Of a stretch of 64,000 nt of DNA, positions 1-11,150 are shown piece by piece. How positions within the stretch are numbered: position 1 is the first letter of the stretch; each line of letters opens with the position of its first letter. The position numbers were made by a program, and so were the translations under genes. The notes under the pieces are model-generated. The model saw only the letters and a list, made by a program, of their open reading frames with translations. It did not search any database and was not told the DNA's origin. The stretch spans positions 94,550,001 through 94,614,000 of the forward strand of contig OX597815.1 of NCBI GenBank assembly GCA_951406725.2. The letters run 5' to 3'. This DNA is from Octopus vulgaris. Taxonomy: Eukaryota.

Positions 1-184
1 AATCAATTTATCGAGACGAAATCGGGTGATTTTTACCAACGAATTATTGAAAATCTTGTTGAACGTTTGGAAGTAGTTGTAAACAACAAAGGCGATTACA
101 TTATTGATTAATTAGTTGTTATTTATTTTATTAAACCTTCTAAAAAATTTAAATTAAAAAACGGCGGGAACTTAGTTGCCAACC

Positions 185-188
<4 letters not shown>
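1..188 (+). mobile_element. mariner transposon 3' end (transposase C-terminus plus right TIR)
   Basis: 1-111 translates NQFIETKSGDFYQRIIENLVERLEVVVNNKGDYIID*, matching the mariner C-terminal F..GI..L..RW.K.V...G.Y pattern. It is followed by the TIR-like AAAAAACGGCGGGAACTTAGTTGCCAACCCAC, then TA/(TA)n. Confidence 0.8.

Positions 189-237
<49 letters not shown>
189..237. repeat. (TA)n microsatellite
   Basis: Direct. One of many (TA)n tracts in the window. Confidence 0.95.
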
Positions 238-238
<1 letters not shown>

Positions 239-431
239 TCCTTATGCAGAGTCTGACCACTTCTTGTACCTATATCTTAGATCTATCATGGTGTCTGATG
301 TGGGGTTTTTATGTCTAGAGCCTCAAAAAAAAAAAAAAAACATGGTACAAGACTTCTTATGAAGGTGAAGTCTTTCAAGACTCAAAACTTTTCATACATT
401 CCTTGTATATGTCTATATCTATATATATGTA

Positions 432-665
432 TACTCTTTATGCAGAGTTTGACCACTTCTTGTACCTACATCTCAGATCCATCATGGCGTCTGATGTGGC
501 TTTTAAAACCAGATAATGTATTGAAAAGACACCCACATAGATTGCATATCCGATTTGGACCACTAAGAACACGTGCGATTAAATTCTGATCTGTGTGGAT
601 CTTAAAATGCCTTTTGAGGTGTCCTTTAGATTTGCAAACCCTATGGCATAATCACATTTGTGTGT
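432..665 (-). pseudogene. Two C2H2 zinc fingers plus stop and short 3' tail; probable 3' end of a LINE (RTE-like)
   Basis: Minus strand reads HKCD(1-bp frameshift)CHRVCKSKGHLKRHFKIHTDQNLIARVLSGPNRICNLCGCLFNTLSGFKSHIRRHDGSEM* (stop 466-468). The last ~70 bp recur at 237-306, both copies abutting TA repeats. Confidence 0.6.
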
Positions 666-1498
666 GTATAACTATATTTTTTAAAGACTATAGAATCCAT
701 ATTGTAAGCACAGAGACCAGTGTTCAAGAAAATGAAGTAAACAATTAAAAATCAGTAATTAAGTAAAAGAAAAATGATATATAACTATAAATAAAAGTTA
801 TTTGACAATAATTATGGATTTTTTGTGCATTCTGTTGCTTTTTTTTTCTCTCAACAACAGCTGGAAAACGAGTCTGTTTGACGAATTTAGTGCCGTTTAT
901 ACTCATATAGTTACAACAATCAACCGCTGAATCTGTGACAGGAGCCACAACTTTGCCCATGTACATTTTCAAATTTAGTTTTAGGGACTCTGTACATCGA
1001 TTTTGAACATCGCTCCGACAGAACGCTTATCAATAACAAATTAGCAATAAAGCATTGTTAAGAAAATGCGACCGTTTGCATGCCATTCAACGACTATATC
1101 TGCGAAGGTGACGAAGCTTTACTAATGCCTGCATACCACTGATTTTGCAATGAGATAGGACTTCATATTGGGTATCATTTACTGCAACTTGATCTTATGT
1201 TGGGGGAAGTTTCAATAAAAGCAATGTTCACTCATTCAAGATAGGTATACGAAATGTTTAAAGATAAGAAACAGATTGTGTGTAGACAGCAGCCGACGGG
1301 TAAGTGAAAGAAAAGATTTGGGATTGACAGGAGAAAAGAAATGAAAATAAAAATCGAGATACGAGAATATTTATGAGGTATAGGTAAATATTCATGCTAG
1401 AAAAATTCGATAACTAGTAACTTGTAAATTTCAAATTTTAACATTGATTTTATTCTAAGCAAATTTAGTGTAACAAGGAATTCTATATAAGTGTATAT

Positions 1499-1710
1499 TC
1501 TTTATTCTTTTATTTGTTTCAGTCATTTGACTGCAGCTATGCTGAAACACCACTTTAAAGGGTGTTTGTCGAAGAAATCGACTCTATGACATTCATTGTA
1601 AGCCTAGTACTTATTATATCGGTTCATTATGCCAAACCGCTAATATTATGGGGAAATAAACACACACTAGCATCGGTTGTCAAGCGATGACGGGAGAACA
1701 CAGACTCAGA
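1499..1710 (-). mobile_element. SINE family A, 3' half
   Basis: Reverse complement of the 9790-9998 segment (TTTCAGTCATTTGACTGC...AAGCCTAGTACTTATT...CATCGGTTGTCAAGCGATG). Confidence 0.85.
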
Positions 1711-1728
1711 TATATATATATATATATA

Positions 1729-2113
1729 CTAGCAGTATCGCCCGGCGTTGCTCAGGTTTGTAAGGGAAATAACTATAAAGCATTTTTAGAGAGTTATAGC
1801 CCAAAAATAGCAAAAAAATGGAAATAAAATGATGGTAAATTTTTTTTGAGAGTTAAAAAAGGTGGAGTTGCGTCCCCTAGACGGTCCGTGGTTTGGGTTT
1901 CTGATTCTCGACCCCATGTCGAATTTATCGATTTTTTTCAGAACTGGGGGAACTTTTCAAAATTTTCGCTGCGTTAGTTTTGAATTATGACATTGGGCTA
2001 TGTGTGTGTCAAGTTTCATCAGAATCGGTTGAAAGCCGTGGTCAGGGTGAGGGTACGAGAAAACAGACACACAGAAACACGCACAGACAAACTGCCGTTT
2101 ATATAGAGAGAGA
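1729..2113 (-). mobile_element. Non-autonomous Helitron (Lep1-like layout)
   Basis: On the minus strand it starts with TC (TCTCTCTCTATATAAACGGCAG) and ends in CTAG. A GC hairpin (CCTGAGCAACGCCGGG) lies about 8 nt before the end. It is inserted between A and T inside (TA)n with no TSD. Internal AAGTTTCATCAGAATCGGTT and ACAG/ACAC repeats are present. Confidence 0.8.
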
Positions 2114-2133
2114 TATATATATGTATGTATATA

Positions 2134-2230
2134 AGTTCTAGGCTTCCAAAGAATAAATCCTGGGGTCGATTTGCTCGACTAAAGGCGGTGTTCCAGCATG
2201 ACCACAGTCAAATGATTGAAAGAAGTAATA
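2134..2230 (+). mobile_element. SINE family A, 3' fragment
   Basis: CTAGGCTT..AAGAATAAATCCTGGGGTCGATTTGCTCGACTAAAGGCGGTG, as in 9895-9990. Confidence 0.85.
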
Positions 2231-3160
2231 ATATTATCCATATTTTAACATGACGTTGTAGCTAGGACACTCTATAATGAAATTCGTCGGAAGGATAATC
2301 CCGAGGACAAAGAAATAAGAACCCACAAGTTTCAGCAAAGATGCAAGATGACAACATTTAATCAAAATATCTTTAATTCTTTGAAATATGATTTTTCACC
2401 GAAATTTATTTTACAAACGCAGTTATTCATCGAAATTTATTTCTTGCAACAACATTAGAAAATGTGTCAAATATGCATCTGTTGAATTGTTGCAAGCACG
2501 GCACGTGATATATTCATATATCAACACGCAAACACGTGATACATCCATCTGTTGTCAATAAGCAACATAGCATCTCATGTCTTCCACATCATAAGTATTA
2601 TATTTGTAAAAGGATGGTAAGGCTGCTATTTTGAATTTAGTTTATAAATATTTTTTTTTCATTTTAAATACATTTTTCTACGACTAGCAAGTCCATTTAA
2701 AAGGGAAATAAATTATTCTCTCCACTTGGTAGTCGTAATTTTCATACGTTTGCAACAATTCACATATTTCCTACCTTTATTCAAAATTGCTAACGGCTTA
2801 ACTTCTCTGAGGGATGAAGACTATATACTTTAAAGCTATTAAAGTATAAGAACTCACGTTCTAGTTCTACAAGAATCCAGTCGCTTTCATAATTGTTAAT
2901 ATTGTCATCGTTTAAAATTCAGATATATTTGGACAGAAAGGACGTAAAAACTACTCCGAGTGACTGAATGTATAATTATGTTGCGAGAATTTGTTTATTA
3001 AATGGCTTTTCATTAATTCCCTTACGGTTTTAGTTTTACCATTACGGATTCTATATAATTGCACAACATCTGAAGCAAATGCTTTTTACTATAGTTTCCG
3101 TTCGACAAATAGCTTGCGAGTGGAGTTTAGTAGGTGGATATGTGTGTAGCCCTGTAGCAC

Positions 3161-3227
<67 letters not shown>

Positions 3228-3409
3228 TTATATGCATACATACATGTATGTCTCTGTGTATTTAAAGTAGTCTCATAGCCTTTCTCTACGGAATACTTTC
3301 TCTGTATTCTCTTCTGTTTAAAATTCCACTGCTAAAGGATGAAAGGCGACTTTAATTTTATCTTAGATTTTGTAATACACGTTATGTTGGACGCAATGCT
3401 GTAAAAATT

Positions 3410-5901
3410 AATGCATATATACAGTGCCGGATTTACCATTGTGCTTACGTGTGCTTAAGCAAAGGGTCTCGTTGCTACTCATATCTGCACTAGCTCTATT
3501 AAGGAGGTTATTATATTCTAACATATGTGCTGTCTCTTTTAGTTTTCGTATTTGCCAGTGGTGTTCTCTGTCTATTATTTTAACTTCATTCCACAAGGGG
3601 AGGTGATCTCCGTTTTTCCATACATGATCAGTTATACCCGATTTATCAATATCTCCTCGTGTCTCAGCTTTGCGATGTTCTTCTACCCATGTTTGGAGGG
3701 CACGGCAAGTTTCGCCTTTCTATAACCTACCACAGCTGCATGGGATGGAGTACACGCTGTCTTTAGCCATATTCTCTTCTATTGGTGGTTTTACTCGAAG
3801 GAGGTATTTGCGAAATGTTGTATTATTCTTGAATGCTGTCCTGATGTCATATGGGCCGCATATCTTTTGTATCTTTTCAGAAGGCCCTTTCCTGTAGGGT
3901 TGACAGTCTGTGGTCAGTTTATGGGTTTCATCCTCTCTTCTCTTCATAATTGGAGTGGTTAGTATATTTTTGCGGTAGTTGTTGTTTAATAGATTGTTAA
4001 TTAGCTTGATCATTTCTTCGTGGCGTGTATTAGGATCGCTACTTATATTCTCTGATCGATATTTTAGGCACTGAGCAATCCCTCTCTTTACACTGTATGG
4101 ATGGTGGGAATTGAAGCTGAGATATCGTCCAGTGAAGGTTGGCTTGCGGTATACGGATGTCCTGGATCCATACTTGGATACATCCAGAAATTCTAGCTGG
4201 TTGTCTTTCTACTTTTCCATTGTGAACTGTATGAATGGCTTTATTGAGTTCACACGATTTAACAGCACTTGGACATCTTCCTGGTGGGGCCAGAGTATAA
4301 AGGCATCAACATATTGCAGCCATAGGGTTGATATTAGCGGTGTTGATCTTAAAGCCAAATTCCCAAAGTATTCCATGTATATATGGTCTTTTATTTGTGA
4401 TAATGGCAAACCCATAGCTAAACCCTCTTCTTGTCGATATATAACAGTGTCCATTCCGAAGTAGGTAGTTTCTACACAGAAGGTCAACATTTCCGTCAAT
4501 TTTCCTATTGGTATACTAGTGCGTTCTTTTAGATAGGCGTCTGTCACCAGTTTTTCTTGAATCACCGATAGTGCTTCAATAGTTGTGACTTTGGTGAACA
4601 GACTTATCATATCTAGACTCACCATCTGATTGGATCCAATGGGGGTATCCTTGATCAATTCTGTGAAGTGGATGGAATTGTTCACGTACGATGTTGACTT
4701 TCCTGCTAATGAACTGATCATATTCACAAGGAAGCAGCTCAGTGGATGACTCGCTGAACCACTACAGCACACCATAGGTCTTAACAGAATACCATCCTTG
4801 TGAATCTTAGGGAGACCGTACATGTGTGGTAGTTTACTGTTGTGTTGAGTCAGTTGTTTGTATTTCATTGGTATAAAGTGATCTTTGTTCTTGATCAAGT
4901 TCTGTGAGAACTTCCTCTCTGTTTTCAGAGTTGGGTCTTTCTTTACTTTGCTGTAGCTACCATCACTTATGAGACTTGCCAATTTTTCAGAGTAGTCAGA
5001 CTTGTTCATCACCACTGTAGCATTTTCCTTGTCCGCTGGAAGTATTATGATGAATTGTCACTCTGTAGTGTTTTGATAGCGAACTGTTCTTCCTTTGTGA
5101 TATTTGGTTTGGAAAGTTTCGCTTTTTCTAACACATGTCTCACTTTCCACCTTAGTTCATCTCCCTGAGGTTTTGGTATCTTTTTGGCTATTTCTTCAAT
5201 AGGGGCTATTATGTCCAAGTATGGAATGCGCTTTGTGGTTGTCACATAGTGGAGACCCTTATTTAGTACTGCTTCTTCAGAGCGTTCTAGATATCGGCTA
5301 CTGACGTTAATTACTGCTTTCACAGGTGGGTGGTGGACCTCAGTAGCATCCTCTGACCTTTGAGCATCATAAACGTCTTAATCTGGCGTATCTTCACCTT
5401 TTCAAATTCCTTCTTGCACGACTTTTGTAGATCTTGTGGGATTCTATTTCTATCCTCATCTCTGGTTATTCTTCTAAGTAATGAAGACAAACTCTCTCTG
5501 ATTTCGTTATTTAGTTTTTTTTCCAACGGTTATAATGGATTCTCCCACGGACGAGAGCATGTCCTACATTTTCCGCTACTCTTCGAGGTTTATATGAATT
5601 TACTGGTGTCATTACATTCAAGCCAGGTGGTATTAGCTTTGAGTCTCAACATCTACGCAGGAAATTTAGATGACTTGAAAGATGAGCTAGTTTTTGATGG
5701 AGTTTCTCTGTATGTCTCCATTGAAGTCCAGTGTTGGCTCCGTACCGATTAGATAATGCAGTTCTATATTTGAGAGATGAGAGATGAAGGGTGGAGAGTA
5801 CATCATCCGAAACGTTTTGTTAAACAACAAACAAGATGAAGACAAATGTCCATCAAATGTAAAAAATGTACATTATTCCTCATCTCTCAAATATAGAACT
5901 G
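3410..5901 (-). mobile_element. Penelope-like element (Penelope/Poseidon-type), near full-length RT plus GIY-YIG ORF broken by stops and frameshifts, with a 5' inverted pLTR
   Basis: N-terminal HLNFLRRC*DSKLIPPGL (~5620-5680), VINVSS..L...E.AVLNKGL, RT motifs MYGLPKIHK, SLDMISLFT, YRQEEGLAMG, WLQYVD, FTMEK, then VYRKPT-like, then GIY-YIG VYSIPCSCG..GET.R and DHVW...RKLKE. 23-bp inverted repeat 5759-5781 / 5879-5901. Confidence 0.92.
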
Positions 5902-6627
5902 TGTTACTTGTGCAGTTACGGCGACACACACGCAAATGCATATAAATACCGGATACAAGGAGGCAGAAAGAGGAAGGCATTGAAGACTCCACAATTTTGT
6001 GGTTGAAGACATTGTCAAATCATTAATTACTTAATGGATTAATTAATTAATAATTTTTATAACTAACAATGTTTAATGTATTTATTTTAATCCCATTGTA
6101 ATAACAAAATAACAGTAGTCAAGTGTGTTGCTGCTGGATAATTTCTAATTGTTGAATTGAGTTATGAGAAACTTCGAATAATAATAGAAAAAACAAGATA
6201 TGACGTGATGTGTGTGTATTTGCTTTTAGATCGATAATAGGCTAGTCCAGGCGCTGTTGCTGTGTGGTAATTGTGTATGAGTTACCATAAGTTCAGCTGA
6301 CACCGACTGTTCAGGGAGGGTTTTAGGTTTTAATGAAATGATTTTTGGCTATACGATAATTTACTGCGCCTTTGTTTTCCGATAAAATACCTGTTCATAA
6401 GCTTCATCTCCATGATAGTCTCTTGAAATATTTCACTGTGGGGTATCGATTTGTAGAAATGCTTCGAAATTTTATGACGAAGTACTTTTATTGATCGTAT
6501 ACACACACACAAACACACACACTCACACACACACACACACTCACATACACACACACACTCACACACACACAGACACACATATTTGTTTTAAATCTCTGAG
6601 CGAGAGATATAAAGTAACAGTACCGAA

Positions 6628-6850
6628 TAGTAAAGTTTATATACCAACAGAATGTGGCAGTCCTATAAAGGACGATGTTACTGTTGTTTTTGTTCCAGGA
6701 AATGGGAGCGATGACCTCCCTTGCAAATGCTATACGGGCACAGATTATGTGTCGATGGCCAGCTGGAAAAGAGGTTTTGCTGGGACTAAAACAGCATTAA
6801 CATCATCCTCTATAGGACTGCGACATTCTGTTGGCATATACACTTTACTA
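6628..6850. mobile_element. MITE / fold-back element with ~70-bp TIRs
   Basis: TAGTAAAGTTTATATACCAACAGAATGTGGCAGTCCTATAAAGGACGATGTTA is the reverse complement, with few mismatches, of TAACATCATCCTCTATAGGACTGCGACATTCTGTTGGCATATACACTTTACTA. TA at both ends. Confidence 0.8.
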
Positions 6851-7295
6851 TATATATATATATATATTCATATAATGTATGTGTGCATTTATTATGATAA
6901 ATAGTGAGACAGGCAGATAAAAAGACAAACAGACATCAGTCCATCTGTTTATATTTCTAACTTTTCCTCTGTCTCAATACCTATCACTTAGCTTTATCTA
7001 TTTTGTCACCTCTATCGAATCAACACGACATAACATTAAAGCCAAAATTTACAGCAAAATTAATATTGACTGTTATACTAATCCGACACATATCGAATTT
7101 TTTCTTGATATCGTGTCATTTAGTTGTTAATGCTATAAAACATTTAACTCAAACTTACTATACTTACAGATTTACAATCTATCTATCTGTTATATATATA
7201 TTAATAATATCAGCGTAATAAATATTTTAGAAATGTTTACTACCTTGACCTAGCGTGTAGAAAAAATTAGTCAATAGACTATATATTATTCATAT

Positions 7296-7615
7296 AAGTC
7301 CAAATCACTATTAGGGATAAAAAGCTCGAAATATTAAAACATTTACCACCTATTTCCTGGACTATGGTTTCTGACTGTTTTTAGCAAATAAAATAATTTT
7401 CTAGGCGACGTTTTCGTCAAAAAGTACGCCTAGATCAAACATATAAGTACGAGGCAAATCCACTATGTGCCTCTTGCTTATACATTACAATCTTTCAAAT
7501 CCACCGCGCAAGAGAAGTTTTTTGTCGGCAGCAAAATAAGTCAGAAACCATAGTAAATGTTTTTATTTTTCATTTCCTTCGAGTTTTTTTTATCCCTAAT
7601 ATTGGTTTGGACTTT
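7296..7615. mobile_element. Degenerate MITE / inverted repeat
   Basis: AAGTCCAAATCACTATTAGGGATAAAAAGCTCGAA...ACTATGGTTTCTGACT pairs with AGTCAGAAACCATAGT...TTCGAGTTTTTTTTATCCCTAATATTGGTTTGGACTT. Confidence 0.65.
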
Positions 7616-7789
7616 AGCTACTCCTTTTAGCGTGGAAGTAATCCTATGAAGGATACCTCTTATGTGCTTAACTGTTATATATATAACTGTTATATATATA
7701 TAACTGTTATATGAATATTATAACACCAGAAATCGTTCGCTGTTTGTAAATAGTGTGTATTTTACAACTACGTTGGAAAGCTGTATTTC

Positions 7790-9435
7790 AAGTGGAGCAG
7801 TCCAGGTTCTAATTGGAGTACCATAGGGCTTGGAGTACCTGAATGCCCAGAGGATTTTTTACTGTGTTTTTTTTTTTAATTATTGTTTTCTTCTTCTATT
7901 GTGACTTTTTTTTAATGAACTGTTTGCTTTTTTTCTTCTTCCCTTGTGTTTCCTTTTGAATTCTCTCTCTCCTTTTTTTGTGAATTATTGTTTTGGACTT
8001 TTTAATCTTTTAATTTAAAACATGGCAAAAAATACAGATAAGATTGTAGAGTGGGAGATGGTCCCACCTAAGGAGTGGCTCAAACTGCAAGAGGAGAGGA
8101 CGGTGGTGTTGAGAACGTATTCGAAGGTTCTCGACACCGTCTTCTCCAAGCAAATGATTGAGAAGGAGTTTGAGGAACATCTGCCTACAATCAAGTATAT
8201 CTCTAGGGGAGTCAAACATGCAACGGTGTGGTTGCTGTTTGACACCCCAGAGAAGGCTCGTAGTTTTGGAGCCAACCCGTTGAGGGTAAAGAAATTCTGT
8301 GGGAAAAAATTGACGAGGGCCTGGGTCTGTGGTTTGCCACCCAGAATTGAACCCCAGTGAATAGAGGATATTATCCGTCGGAGTCTGGGTGACAGCGGAG
8401 CCAGGCACCTCAATGTGAAAATTCTTTCTGCGGCTGATTGGATTGGGTCAGAAGCTGTTTTGACCCTGTGGACCCAATCAGCCATGAATCTGGTTATGCC
8501 AGATTTTTGGAAATGGCCGGGTGCAGGTACCATGTGATTCTTGAGGGTCACCTTCCCAGGTGTCATCGGTGCCTGGAGCCTGGCCATATAAAGAAAAACT
8601 GTCCTCAGGAACAAAGTAAAGTCATGGAGCAGTCAATTGAGACCTCTGTAGAAGAGGGAACGAAAGCGGCTGAGGAGACGGAGGAATCCTCGGGGGAAGG
8701 GTCGCAAGAGGAAGAAGGTGAGCAACAATGGGTGCTCACCGAAGGATCCTGGGGATGAGGGAGGAGAGGTGAATCTCCCGGTCACGGAGGAGACATACCC
8801 TCACTCAATTGAGAGGAAAAAAGGAAGAGAAACGGGACATTGCCGGCAGTCGGTGACATAGCACCGGAATGTCCCGGAACCTTGCCAGTAGGGGTTGTGC
8901 CATTGGTAGGGGAAGAGACACCGTTGGGGGGAAATGTGCCGCCAACGGTAGAATTGACTACCTCAAACCCGGAGGAAGAGAAACTATTGGTCTTCTTCTA
9001 CAGAGGCTGGGAGGTAGAAGAGGTGGTGGAAAAGCACCATTAGGGAGCACCTTTAACCTTCACACAGGATCCCGAATGGCCTCCGAATATAGCTGTGGAG
9101 GTCATAACGGTGCGTGTGGGGTATAGGCTGCAGGGATTTAATGAGGAATATCGCTTGCTTATGGCCGGGCGATGCCGGCTCGGATCCCGCCTTGGTCTTG
9201 AACGAGGCGTGGGGGATGGTGAAGTATAAGGGCACAAGCGATGTCGGGGAGGAATAATGACAAGAGGTTGAAAAGCCTCAGTATTATAATGTTTATTCTG
9301 TTATTGCATGTTATTGTGTTTAAGAGGCTTAACGCCTCAATTCTAAAATGGACTATTAGTTCAAAAATTGTGAAACTGAAGTGAGAAGTTCATTACCTCG
9401 TTTTGTTATTTTCTGTGAAAAAAGGAAGAGAATAA
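7790..9435 (+). mobile_element. L1/Tx1-like ORF1 (gag-like) pseudogene with T-rich 5' UTR; no ORF2
   Basis: ORFs 8022-8360 and 8438-8758 join across a stop and a frameshift. They show RRM-like segments (VWLLFDTPEKA; AWVCGLPPRI), a CCHC knuckle CHRCLEPGHIKKNC, and an acidic low-complexity tail. Boundaries are approximate. Confidence 0.7.
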
Positions 9436-9577
9436 TGTTTTAGAGAAGCAAATGATCGGCGGGCGATTTTTGTCTTCTCCCATTAATATCATCCTTATCA
9501 TCATTCACCTCATCAATGTCTTGGTCCAGCTCGCAAGCTACTCTGTATCGTGCCTTTATGGTAAAATCTTTGAAATA

Positions 9578-9718
9578 AAGTAGCTTGCTTACCAACCGCA
9601 TGGTTCCGGGTTCAGTCCCACTGCGTGGCACCTTGGGTAGGTGTCTTCTACTATAGCTTCGGGCCGGCCAATGCTTTCTGAATAGATTTGGTAGACGGAA
9701 ACTGAAAGAAGCCCTTTG

Positions 9719-9789
<71 letters not shown>

Positions 9790-9998
9790 ACTTGTGTGTC
9801 TGTGTTTGTCCCCCCAATATCGTTTGACAACCGATGCTGGTGTGTTTACGTCTTCGTAACTTAGCGGTTCGGCAAAAGAGATAATAGAACAAGTACTGGG
9901 CTTATAAAGAATAAGTCCTGGGGTCGATTTGCTCGACTAAAGGCGGTGCTCCAGCATTGCCGCAGTCAAATGACTGAAACAAGTAAAAGAGTAAAGAG
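9578..9998 (+). mobile_element. tRNA-derived SINE family A with internal (TA)n(TG)n
   Basis: B-box-like GGTTCAGTCCC, then GGCACCTTGGG..GTGTCTTCTACTATAGC, an internal microsatellite, and the tail GACTGAAACAAGTAAAAGAGTAAAGAG. Several copies in the window. Confidence 0.9.
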
Positions 9999-10000
9999 TT

Positions 10001-10031
<31 letters not shown>

Positions 10032-10034
10032 ATA

Positions 10035-10080
<46 letters not shown>

Positions 10081-10994
10081 TGTGTATGTGTGTGTATGTG
10101 CATATATATATATATACATAAATCAACATATAAAATTGACATTTATAGAATAATCCTCCTTCATTATTACTTCAGAATGTCGCGTTAGTATGAAGAAATG
10201 TGAATGGTAGCTGATTCATACTAAAAACAAAAGCGTGGTAAAGCGATGCGACAAAAATAAAATATCAGAATATCGCAGTAACAAAATCAGGAAAAAATCG
10301 TTCATGGATATAAATATGTTAAGAATATGGTGAGATGCAAAATAACGGAGACATGCATAACACACACACACACACGTGTGTAAGTGTGTGTGTGTGTGTG
10401 TGTGTGCATTATGTGTGTATTTTTCCAGTGAAAAAATGGACATACTCTCTGAAGCCGTGATATGTCGAACACATGAAAAATAAAAATGATGTGTGCAGTT
10501 ATTATTTATCAAGAGATGTCTGCATATCTACACGTGTGATTATATGCTTACCTGCATATATATTACATAACTAGGTTTGCTTTTCAAATAAAGTATCAAA
10601 TTTTTGTTATAAATCAAATTTACACACACACACATACACACACACACACGCATGCACGCACGCGCACGCACACACACATATCAAATTGATGATGTAATCT
10701 TCTGAAAGTTATTAAAGAATATGCTGTAATATCTGCAGAAAATAGCAATGGTATGCTGCGGCCTTTAGAGTTTATAAACAGCTGAAATAAGTTTGTGAGA
10801 ATTGAGTAATGGAACAGAATAACGTTTAGAAGAGCTTCTTTTGTCGCAGATATATTTCTTTAAGATCTTAATAGAACTGATGAGGTGTACGAAGAGAAAT
10901 GAAAAACAACAGTAACAAAAGAGAAAAAGGAAAGAAAATTATGGGTATTATATTTCTAGTTTATTTTAGCAATAATCTCTTTCTTTATGTTGAA

Positions 10995-11150
10995 AAGTGG
11001 TGAGAATCGTTAGCACATCGTGCAAAATGTGTTGCGGCATTTAGTCTGTCTTCTTCGGTCGGAGTTTAATTTCCACCGAAGTGAACTTTACATTTCATCC
11101 TTTCGGTGTTCTAGTTGAGCATTAGGGTGGATGTAATCGCCTTATGCCTC
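10995..11150 (+). mobile_element. SINE family B, degenerate
   Basis: GAATCGTTAGCAC...AAATG...GAACTTTACATTTCATCCTTTCGG resembles the reverse complement of 46420-46649. Confidence 0.65.
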
